Source: Trichosphaerium sp. ATCC 40318
Lineage: Eukaryota > Protista > Tubulinea
Assembly (NCBI GenBank): GCA_038496445.1
Contig: JALMLS010000612.1
Coordinates: 186,001 to 250,000, forward strand
DNA length: 64,000 nt
Direction: 5' to 3'
Made by a program: the position numbers and the translations under genes. The notes under the pieces are model-generated. The model made no database searches. It was not told the DNA's origin and saw nothing but the letters and a program-made list of their open reading frames with translations. This document shows, piece by piece, positions 23,001-34,070 of this stretch (its first letter is position 1; every line of letters begins with the position of its first letter).

Positions 23001-23639
23001 CAACTCGATCTTAAATCAAAAATGCATGTCACGTGGGTTCGCATTAAGAAAAAAGGTATTTTTTTTTTTCGTACTTGTCATGAACTTTATCATTTCCATA
23101 AACGAGTATTTCTTCTACACCATCGTTACTTCTTGTCAATAGAGTTGTATCATTTGCCGTTTCGTCATATTCGATGTATATGATGCAACCAGTATTTGCT
23201 CTATCAGTTGAAGGGCTAATCTTGCCGCCCAATAGTGCATTCAAACACATCGTTTTACCTTTTATATTTTTGTCAAAAAGTGTTTTTTAGCCATATTAGA
23301 ATACGAACCGGTACTGTATGGCCCTATAATGGGCACTTTGAATGCACTGGAGCTTATGTGTGCTAGCGTGTCAGCAAATCTCTGCATGTCTGGACACTAT
23401 CAAAGACGGTTAAGAAAACGTGCGCACCAGCGACTGAGCATAAAAAAGTATTATTTATGGACGTTACGTACCCATGGCGATTGTTCGCAAGCTGCCTCCA
23501 AAATCGATACGATATTGTTGTTAACGCCACTAGTGATGTGTAAGTAAGTATTGTTGATGATTTTATGGCACCTTTTAGCGCTTTTCGCTACGTAGACAAG
23601 TAGCAAAAGAGTACAAACTTTGAGTATTGTTATCATCAT
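20076..23639 (-). CDS. Full-length signal peptide + dynamin-like GTPase + coiled coil + class-3 lipase fusion (copy B)
   Basis: GTPase motifs as in copy A; lipase exons GFR|GT, MHKGFY, VILAGHSL|GGAIA, ITFGAPLIG, IHNFVRK|GDLVP, YEPIGEY, HSMEQY; stop at 20076-20078. Confidence 0.88.
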
Positions 23640-24060
23640 AGACTAAGTTGATTGCCGGTTAGATGTTGTAATGCCTGTGTGTATTCTGGTTTTTTATTTT
23701 TCAATAAAAATCTTGAACCAGAGGAACTTGTACAGGAACTTACAATTTTGCATACGTGTCACAGGAACTTCAGTTAATAGTTCCTGTGACACGTGTCAAA
23801 AAACAATATTGAAGAAACGCGCTTGTAGATGCTTCATGCTATCTACAATATTAACGTGTTACGCCAATAGTAGCAAAGCTGTCTATTTTGATCATTGCTA
23901 CTTCACTTTAATATGTTTGTTTGCAATCCTTGAAGCAGTTCATTCAGAATCAAGCATGCGCGTAATCTCGAAATTTATTCGTAGTTACGTTAACTTCGTA
24001 TCATGCACCGTAAATTGGAGGAGCAATTGGAATCCTATCAGCCAATTTTAAGCCACCAAT
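20420..24060 (-). repeat. Copy B of the inverted segmental duplication
   Basis: Reverse-complement similarity to 2575-6577; includes a remnant of the 3' end of the 1099-2633 gene at ~23930-24047. Confidence 0.95.
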
Positions 24061-25552
24061 TTTATTTCTTCAAGCTCCCATAGCACTCTACCTTCCATAC
24101 CACCATCAACCTATATCAACAACTTTTAATATCACGAAGTACAGGACCAAAAAAATGTGTTATAAAAAAAATTACCATTAATGTCTGCCCTGATACATGA
24201 AATCCAGTTACAGGCGAGGCCATAAATAATATAGCATTAGTTACATCCGCTGGTTGCCCAATTTTTCTCAAAGGAGTTGTTTTTAAAGCCTGTTAGAAAC
24301 AATAAGTTCATTGCGGCCTGTTCATATCAACCAGCTAAAGCTGTTACCTTAAAATGTTCTCCTCTGGATATAGCTTCCTTAGCCATTGCTGTTTCTGTCC
24401 ATCCAGGCGCAATACAATTAACACGTGCTCTATGATAGATGAGTAAGATCATGACTGATTTTTTTGCAAGAAACCTTTTTACCTTGGAAACAATTCTACT
24501 AACTCATTTTTTACACTGTAAAGGAAACCATACTGCAAAGCAGATTTTGTAGCAGCGTAATCACTATGTCCTGCTTCTCCAAACTTCGAAAAAAACAAAG
24601 TTAACAGGCGTTTGATAGATGGGATTTTGTAGCAAACCTTGCCAGCTGTTGATCCAATGATAACAAGAGAAGTACTATACGCCTTTCTTTCGTCTAATGA
24701 CATAGTCTTTGACTTCTTCTCTAAGCCTTTACCAAACTATACAAATAATGTAAGAAGTTGGACGTAATGACATCAAGCTTCATCCGTACATATTTGACAA
24801 ACAAGAATATACCAGTAAGATTGACAGCAATAGTATTCTGCCATTGTTCCAAAGATAATTCCCAGACCTATCCGGACAAAAAGGCTTAGTATTGTTGATC
24901 AATTTCATACAACAGACGAACATACTTTTTTGTCAGCAACTGGGAATATGCCATGATTAGCAATAAGGATATTAACGGTCTGTAAAAATAGTGTCAAAGA
25001 AAACAGAGACAAGCCAAAGTTGCTTACTCCAAATTTTTTCTCTGCAGCTTCAAAAACACGTGACACATCCTAAAAGAAGGATTGATACATGACCATACAA
25101 ACCACTACGAAACGTTAGAGCTTGTGGTATAGTTAATTAGTAATAAGCGTACCTGTGTACCTCTTCTTCTCTAGCGTCAGCTTGTACCACTAATACTTTC
25201 GTGAGCGGAAATCTAAATCACTTTTTTTTTGTACATAAAGTATTGTCTGGATATGAGGCTATAACATCGTTTAACGTATCCTTGCTTCTATTGTAATGTA
25301 ACGTTACCTTATTAGGTTAGATATGAGAGCGTATGTGAAAGATTAAGCGTCATTGTACGTTACATCCAGCTTCCAAAAACTTTTTAGCAGCGTCAACGCC
25401 CAAACCGCCTGCAGCGCCTAACAACAACGTCAACAATAATAACTGAGGGTTTATATGGTTGTTGCCTGTAATCACCACATGAGACTATTAAAACAGTTAA
25501 AACTACAAAGATAGTAGCTGCGTACACCAGATAAACCAAGATCTACGCTCAT
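24048..25552 (-). CDS. Short-chain dehydrogenase/reductase (SDR)
   Basis: VVITG|AAGGLG, ILIANHG, VNLTG, IIGSTAG, DYAATKS (YxxxK), RVNCIAPGWTET, VDGGMEGR. Confidence 0.9.
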
Positions 25553-25649
25553 CTTACAATTTAGTAAAGCTCAAACCGAAATAAATGAATGAAAATTTTT
25601 GACTCAGTTTGTCATAATTTCGTGGAAGCACAACAACGTACACAGCACA

Positions 25650-28223
25650 ATGATGAGCATAGACGATATAACTCCTGCGTCATGGTATTGGATGGTAAAC
25701 CGCCTTTTTTTTTGAAAATAAAAGCTTATTGAGGGTTAGGGAGACGTAAAATGGCATAAATATGATGCAGCTACATGTGCAAAGCTTGAAAAGGGTAAGT
25801 TTAAAGTTTTAAACAAAAATTAAGCGGGTTTTTTTAATTAACCCTATTAGCGTATAAAGACGATGAAGATAAGTGTGATACTGATGCGCATCGTTATGTG
25901 GATTTTACATTATCTGTACGTGCCTTGAATCCATTGCTCCAAAAAACATCCACAAAAAATTTTACAGTTTAAACTGTTTTTTAACTCCCTTGAAGCTTGC
26001 AGAGATCAAAACAAACTTCGTTAAAATAGACTGTGATGATAGTGAGGTTGCTGGTGTACAAAGAAGAAACGATGATAAAATGAAGAGACGTTGTGTCAGG
26101 CGCGAAGAAGGAACAGAGGTATTGTTTGCGTTAACGCTAACAACGAAGTTTTTTGGTTTATTTTTTTTCGGACTCACTCTGTCCCACAGACCAATGACGA
26201 ACTGTTTGATGGCTTGACTATTGTACTGCGTATGGAAGATGATGAAGAAAGAGAGAAATACACCGAAGTATTGGAAGCTTATGGTGCTGCTGTCAGAAAG
26301 ACAATCACAAAAAGAGTAAGCATATATTGGGTTTTCTTCGTTTCTTTTTCGTCTTATTTATGTCCTACGTAGTCAAGTCTTCTTGTTATAAAAAACGATG
26401 AAAAGGATGAGTTTAAAGCAGATTTCAACAAGGCTATAAGTACGAAAAAAAATAATCAATTATCTTCACGAGAAATGTGTTTTTTTCTTTTGACACATTG
26501 TTGACATGTTGTTCAGAGAATAAAAAAACTAAAGTTGTTAATGAACAGTTTATTCTTGAAGCTATCAAAGCTGGTGACTGTGATGATATTGATGAAGATG
26601 ATTATCTCATATCATACGCTGCACCTAAGAAGAAAGGTACGAAAAAATACAAGTCAAAAATTTCATTGGACAATTGACTTGAATCAGTTTTTGCTTGCAT
26701 TGTCTAGACTAACGTACGAACGACGTCGTTCTAATTTTTTTCCTTTTCATTAGCAAAAAAGGTTGTAGAACCAGAATCTGACTCAGAAAGCGAAGAGTAC
26801 GTTGTACCACCAAAGCGAAAAGCGAAAACAAGTACGTTATGTTTATCAAATCTCCAAACTACTCGGATTCATCTGTTCTCCTTCACATCCCAACACATTA
26901 CTGCGCCTGTGACTAACATATTTTTCTATTGTAAAAGAGAAGAGAAAGGCTCCTGTAGTGGAATCAGACTCAGACTCAGAAGTAGCACCTCCACCTAAGA
27001 AAAAAGCAAAAAAAACAAAAGTTGCACCTAAAAAAAAAACAACAGCTCCAGCAAAGGGAGATGTATCCCAGTTTACAGCTGGGTCCAAGTGGCACGGAGT
27101 TTGCTCTTACACTGGAGACGCAGCAGTACGATACTTTTAAGCTATTAAATTAGATACAAGACATAGTACTAACGGAGATATTTCAGGAGCACTATCCTTT
27201 TGTTTTGAATGTTTCGACTTTCAAAAAGACTTCAGGAGTTACTGGAGGTACAATAGAGTGGCCTACTCTTAATAATGCAAAGACAAAATGGAAGGGAAAA
27301 CTAGCATCAGATAAACTTACTATCCAAGAGTATGAAGCAATTAAAGGCGAGGATGACGTTGAATTGCCTGTTGACTACACTGCAAAGGTAACACAAGAAG
27401 TTTCATACAGAAATTTTTTTTAAGTGTCTGTCATGCACGCTTCTTTCGTTTTTTCTTCAACAAGTCATTGAATGTAAACTAAGCCAAACAAAAATTCTAT
27501 CCAGAAATCCACTTTTTTGATCGAAGCCCTACTCGTTCACTTCATCACCAACTCATTGGACGTGTTTTAAAGGTGGATGGCGCTGTGATAAATGGTACAG
27601 TAGATGAAGAAGATGGAGAAGAATCTAATGCTTCATTCAAACTCACATTGGTCCCTGGTGATGATGAAGGTGGAGGTATGTTTTTTTTCATCTCTAACAA
27701 ACTTCCTTAGAGAGAAATTAAGATGAGTTTCTTCGTTAATCCCTTTTTAGTCTTTCAAAAGAATACTGCTTATTCTGGTACTTGTTTCTCTAAAACTGAG
27801 TTCAAACTAAACATCACAAAACGAAAGGTACGGACTGGGTTTTTTGCATAACAAATTCACGTGGTTGGTTTTCCGGAAAACCGCAAACCAAAGAACCTCA
27901 CATAGCTGTATTTTTTCGATGCTAAACAACTGTTTTAGGGTGATGATTTCAATGCCACTTTATCTTGGGGAACAGATAATAAAGCTTCTGTTGAAGGAAC
28001 CATAGATGGAAATGATATTTCATTCAACGAGACAAAAATAACTGGTGAAAGAGAAGAACTTCGACAGTACAAAGGTGTACTAAAAGAAGAAGAAGGAATT
28101 ATTGAGGGTATATGGGGAGAAGATTTAGAAGATGAAGCAGCTGCAGAGGGTACTTTTAAAATAGTACTCGGTGATATGGAGGCTCTAGATGCCGACGATG
28201 ATGCTATGGACGTTGATGAATAA
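25650..28223 (+). CDS. WWE + BRCT domain protein with K-rich linker and acidic C-terminal beta-type domains
   Basis: WWE: WYWM|GDVKWHKYDAATCAKLEK|AY...YVDF...QRR..KRRCVRR; BRCT: LFDGLTIVL...LEAYGA...VVNEQFILEAIKAG; NLS-like PPPKKKAKK. Confidence 0.75.
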
Positions 28224-28487
28224 TAATAAACAAAACAAAGCGTAGAAAACCCTTCAAGTTTTAAGTTTTCGTTCACAAATTGAATCATCACGTTTAAGTA
28301 AATGTGTCTTTTAGTTGCACTTTAGCAAAAGTTCCTAGCGTAAGAATGTCAGTAGTTTATCGTAAGATCATGACACGTACATTTAAAAGCGACCGAAGAG
28401 TTAAAATCTGAAAACAAGAGACTTTTACCTAAAAAGGAAGTAGCCTTACGATTTTGGAAGCCTACAACTAAAGTAAGTAAGCAGCAA

Positions 28488-28745
28488 ATGAGAACCTTTT
28501 TAATCTTGCTTGTTTGTGTCGTTGTATGCTCTGCATACTTCGGAGAGTTGAATAGGGCTAGAAAAGCACTGAAAAGGCGAAAAAACCTCAGGCAAGCCGA
28601 GTATAATAGATGCAATAGAGCATGCTACCCTGAGTATATAAGAATGAACAGACACCGCTGGCAAACACTATGGGAAACAAAGAGTTATGCGTACACAGAG
28701 TGTCACAGGTATTGCCAAGAGAAGGCCAACAACATGTACCGTTAA
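28488..28745 (+). CDS. Small secreted cationic peptide with two CX3C motifs
   Basis: Intronless 85-aa ORF; signal peptide MRTFLILLVCVVVCSA; R/K-rich; CNRAC and CHRYC. Confidence 0.65.
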   Translation: MRTFLILLVCVVVCSAYFGELNRARKALKRRKNLRQAEYNRCNRACYPEYIRMNRHRWQTLWETKSYAYTECHRYCQEKANNMYR

Positions 28746-28924
28746 ACGCGACTTTTTGGAAGGAAACCAAGCGCAATTCGCATGTAGAGTAACTAAACAA
28801 TAAACTACACGCGTTCCACGCAAAATATGCTATTGTACAAACAATCCAACGCTTTAAGATGGTTTTAGAAGATTCTTTGGACAAAACCTTTACAAACGGC
28901 CGTAAGTCATCCTTTATTATCAAA

Positions 28925-31900
28925 CTAAACAGGTGCAAAGCTTTGTGGGAACTTGTGAACAAGTAAAACACGTCTATTTGCTGCCAAGTGAGTCCAACCG
29001 AGTTCTGAAAGTAGCTCCAATTCTTGTTCATACAGTGCTTTCTAAATAGTAATGAGTATTTGGGGGTTTTTTAAAACTTTGGCTGCAAGTAGTTGTTTTT
29101 ACGAAAACAGCAGCTACTTGCTTTCTTTTGTGAACGCCACAAAAAAATGAAACGGGTTTTTTGGATTTTGTATTGTGTACCGTTGGTTCTTTGGATAGTG
29201 ATTTACGAAGAATCTTCAATGCAGATGCCTGTTCCTTCTTTGATCTTAACCAAGATACATGTAGTACAGCATAAGGACCTTCTTCAGTAGAGACCCATTT
29301 TTGTAGAACCTAAAAACGGAATCAGAAAAAAAAAAGTTGAAAAGAAAGACAATCCTTACCTTTATGTTGGCATCAAGGCACTCTTTAACGTCCTTTCCTT
29401 GCTTTGCAAGTTCCAGGTATGCTAAACCACGTTGCAATAGAGCAGATAATAATGCACTCTTTTCTTCTTCTTTCAAAGGCTTCATAGGATCATCATTCTT
29501 TCTACAAGCAAAAAATCATTAGACAGAGGCACAACAAAAAGTTCTTTGCGAGGCTCTCGGTATTCACGTACACTTTGACGCCATAGAATTGAGCTAATTT
29601 ATCTTGATCAATAGAATCGATTATAGCTGTTGCTGCTGATACAACACCATCATAATCTTTTTGCTTATTGGCATATTTCAAGCCAAGAGTAAGAAGAGGT
29701 AGATGTGTTGGATTAGCCTCAATAATCTCCTTGTAAAGCTCCTGAAAACAGTGTCAGTTCGATACCTATTGTCGTTTCCAGAATAGATAATACGTACCTT
29801 ATATGCGTCAAGCTTTCCTTTACCGAGAAGAGAAGATAGATAAGTTACTTGGTGCTTAAGCATCTGCTCTTGGTACAATTCATGTGGTGACTTTTCTGGA
29901 GCTTTAGAAGCTGCTGGAGGTGTTGCTGCTTTAGGTGCTATAATTGAAGGTTAGTAACGCCTTGTTTGAGGGTTTTTTACGTACCTGCAGGTGCTACAAG
30001 GTATTCAACACTCATACTTCCCATTAACCTAGCCAAACCCTTCTTGTTTACTGGCTCCTCTTCTTTTTCTACAGCACGTAGAACAAGAGTACCCAATAGG
30101 ACATCACCTGGTTTTGCAATAGAAGGTACACCGCCACCTAAAGCTAAGAACAAAGCAAGTTTGCTATCCCTAATATAGTGGTTAGTGGTAAAGCACATAA
30201 ACTAGAAAGTTGCTTACTTTGGCATTGAAATCGTTGAAAGAGCTTGTCCTGATGTCAAGGCGTTTTGAATAGTACCATATGCCTTCATTGCTACACGCTT
30301 GTCCTTTGGCAATCTAAAAAGAAGAAGGTAAGTATCTGGTATGTCCTTAACAAGGCTCAAGAAAGTTCTTCTTTTGGTCCAAAGTCAAGGCGTACACAAA
30401 GTCAATGAACATTGATTGAGATTTATAAGCTTCTAGTAGCTTTGTGTTATCGTGTCTCATGCATAGACGGATAGTATAAGTTCCCTTTGAAGGCAAAGAA
30501 ATTTGCTCCGGCCAAAAGTCGCCTGTGGCCAAACGCTTTTTGTTGGAATCAAAAAGCTGGAATAATTGAGCTTCATAAGGATTCTCATAGAGGTATCCAG
30601 AATGGAATGGAAGCCTTGCAATAATTGAACCGGCTGCAGTCTAAGGTATAATAAGAACATTGTATCAACATAATAACAAACGATTTTGTGAAAGTAAAAA
30701 AAATGTTCAAAAAAATAAAGGAATTGACTGTTTTGATAAAGAAGCTTTCTTGTGCAATTTTACGTACAGTTGTAAAAGTATACGTCAAAACAAGTTGTTG
30801 TATTACTTTGTTTTCATCGCCAAATAATAAATCACGTTCTTTTGTAAGTGCAGTAAGTTCAGCACCTAAGAAAACTTGTCAAAAAAAAAATTCAACCAAA
30901 ACAATAGTACTTTTTGGTGTAATAGTTCTCCTGACGTAGCAGAATTTGCCTTTAGGTGTGACCTTCTCTGTACGTAATCCGCTAGAGATATCCGTACGTG
31001 TCACCTTTTGTGCACCATTCAAGAATACACTTGGTGGGCAAGTGATACCGTGGAAATCAACAGTAAGCTCTACAGAGCTGTTTCCAAGGCTAGACCAGTA
31101 CTGTCCAAAAGTGAGCTCCATAGTGCATCCAGGCACTACCTAGAGATAACATATGTTAGTTTAAAGATTAACATATACATCATTGCGCACCTTAACGAAC
31201 ACAGATTGCTCTTGATCCTTGTCTAGACGCATATACTTTTCGAACATTTCGAACTTCGAAGAAGTTTGTGGTGGTTGTTGATACAAAACCAAAGCGTAAA
31301 GCTTTTGAGTGTCCAGGTCAGATCCAGCCTTCACTGTAACCTTACACCATGTAGCCATTTGATCAACATCAAAGAAGAATCTTTGTATTTGTCCAGGTCT
31401 TAATCCAAGGTTGTGACTAAAGAAAGATGAGTAAGAGCTAAGCCAATTAAACGCTGTGGGCTTTTCTAAACGTACTGGTATAATTGCTTGCGTTTTGATT
31501 TAGGTTTTACAACAGTTACAGGGACACGGAAAGCAGGTCCAGCATCAGCACCACGGGTAGTATCGAAACCTTGAATTTCAGCGTAATGAACCATGTCAGC
31601 TTGAAGATTTACTGCATCGATTTTAACAGAAAATGCTCTTGCTCCATGAAGAAGAAGTAAGTGATCTGGTGTCTCTATCCACTTTGCTGTAGCTTTAAGG
31701 GCATAACGCCTTTCAAAAGCAACCTTCTCCTTGTTTGGTACATTATCATGGAACTTTGGTGTTACTCTAAACAAGCATAAGGCCAAAATCTTAAAACCAG
31801 GAAAGAAAAATCAATCAAGTTGTTATTTTTACCTAACGCTCTTTTCGATAATATTGGCGCTTTGTCGTGCATCGCGAAGGTAGAAACCGCGTCCATATCC

Positions 31901-33883
31901 TGGAACGGTTGCCTCAATTCTGACATAAGCATCTTCTGGTTTATTGTGCTTCATAAAGAGATCGTATGCAGCCGATACTTGAATCATACCGTAACCTAAA
32001 ATAAATGAGTACAACTGCAAAACAATATTGTTCTTACCTTCTGTCAAGTTGCCTTGGCCTAGACTCTTTGCAGAGTTCTCCACAGCACGCTTAATTGATG
32101 CTGGAGAGTATGAGACGCCATCTTTTAATAAATTCGAAAGAATTAGGGATATGCATCCACATGCATTAGGTGAAGACATGGAGGTTCCATTCATCAATTG
32201 AGACTTGTTAAGTGTGTATGTAGGAACAGGAGAAATAGCGCCACCAGGAGCAGTTATAGAAACACCAAGAGCACCATCGCGTGTTGGACCTCTTGAAGAC
32301 CAAGTATAGTTGAGTGTATCAAATTTTTGAGATTCACGTTGGCTGTATGCAGCAGCTTGATAAAAGAAGGTCAGTACAAATGTGCTTGTAAAAAGCTGTG
32401 AATGCTTTGGACGTACCGCGGTTGTCAGGGCTGACGGAGGCGCCTACACTGATGAGAGCCTCAGTTGTACCTCCTGGAGCACCTACAGTAGATAGAGCTG
32501 GTCCTTCGTTACCAGCAGAGCTAACAAATAGGATATTGTGTTCGTTGACAAGTTTGTTTGCGAGATCGGCAAATCGTCCAAGATTTGGTGAAGCGCTAGG
32601 TTCGCCATAACTCAAGTTCAAAATATGAATGTTACGCTTTTTGGCCTCGATTAAAGCGCGAACTAGACCAGTTGTGGTCTCCATAGAACCCAAACGAGTA
32701 TCTCCAATCTTTAGGCCAACAATTTGACAACCTGTACACGTGTCAAAACAGAAAACAAAACAAAACAAACAAACAAAAAATAAATAAAAAAACTATACCT
32801 GGAGCGACACCGTTCAATTCTGGTTGATCTGGGAAGTTTGCACCTACAATACCAGCTACATGTGTACCATGAGAGCCAGCTGTAGTGACTATCTCAAGAG
32901 TGTTGCCATCGTTGTAAATGTTAAAAGAATATGTCAACAAGTCTTCATCGCTGAACTGACCATACTCATAATACTTTCTATAATCACGCATTGGTTTAGC
33001 CTTTGTTAGGTCACCATTCTCTTGAGTGTCCAAAACAGCACACCAATCAGTACCATCGAACCATACAAGAGCATCATAAACAGGACCAGGGTCCTCTGCG
33101 TTACCTAGACGGTGTTAGTTCGTAAAACGCATTCATTTAAAACATAAAGACCTCTGCCCTTCTAAACACCACAAGAACGCCCAAAAAAACTTTGGATGGC
33201 GACAAAACACCTCTCGCTCTTGCGAGGAAAAATTAAAAAACTGTTTGGCCGCTTTAACGGAAGTTTTAACGAATTTTTTTTGTATTCACTTACCAAGAGC
33301 TTTCAATTGCTCCAATCGCGCTGTTAACTCGGGTTTTGATACGCCTGATGTTTTAGCATCGAAAGAAGCGAGTGCCTGTTGAGAATTGTGTTGTAGCTCG
33401 CGGTGGAAAGCGTCAAATTTTTCCTTGCGTTTTGCTTTGATGCGATTTGACAAGCTAGCGCTTGGGTAGAGTTCGAAAGCGAATTTCAAGCCCAAGTGGT
33501 ATTTACCAGAAGGATTTTGCCACTCTTCACTGATCTTTAACGTACGACCCGTTAGGCCTTCAATAACACCATCTTTGGCTTCTTTAACGGTGCTAGTATC
33601 AACATCACCGCTTCCAGTGCAGTCAATGAGGTCAATGACTTTAACTTTTCCATCAGAAGTTGTCTAAGTTAACTGCTTTAGCGAATAGAGCATTTTTTTG
33701 GTGAAAATAACCACAAAACTTTTTTTAACGCACCTGAAGTCCAAGTGCTGCTGGATCTACGCCTGTATCGAGAATACCGACGACAACACCACGGCCGTCA
33801 GCCTCAGGGTACTTTTTTATAAAGCTGGCAGCCTGAGTAACTTCCTTAGGAAGTATACCTTTGCTTGGAAATGATGTGGTCAT
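28925..33883 (-). CDS. TPP2: Tripeptidyl-peptidase II (subtilase S8)
   Basis: [85 protein letters not shown]; C-terminus LSELGWTHL...KFPQSFAPV*. Confidence 0.96.
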
Positions 33884-34070
33884 CTGACAAACAATTTCTG
33901 TGCTAAAAACTTGTAGCTGTTAACAACGCGCTTAACCAACAAGAAAATGTACTAGTTAAGCCATGTCATTTTAATATTTTACAACAATGCTAAAGCCAAA
34001 CAACCGTGTTCTCCTTGTGGTAAAAATTGGTTTGTTATTTCCTTTTTAGCAGGTGGGAATAGAGTACAAA

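Noticed and set aside
28588-29031. 147-aa minus-strand ORF
   Set aside because: Alternative frame overlapping the last TPP2 exon and 3' UTR; no independent support
33110-33290. Longer TPP2 intron with a small GC hairpin (CTCGC-TCTT-GCGAG), possible intronic ncRNA
   Set aside because: No C/D or H/ACA boxes or other diagnostic motif identified
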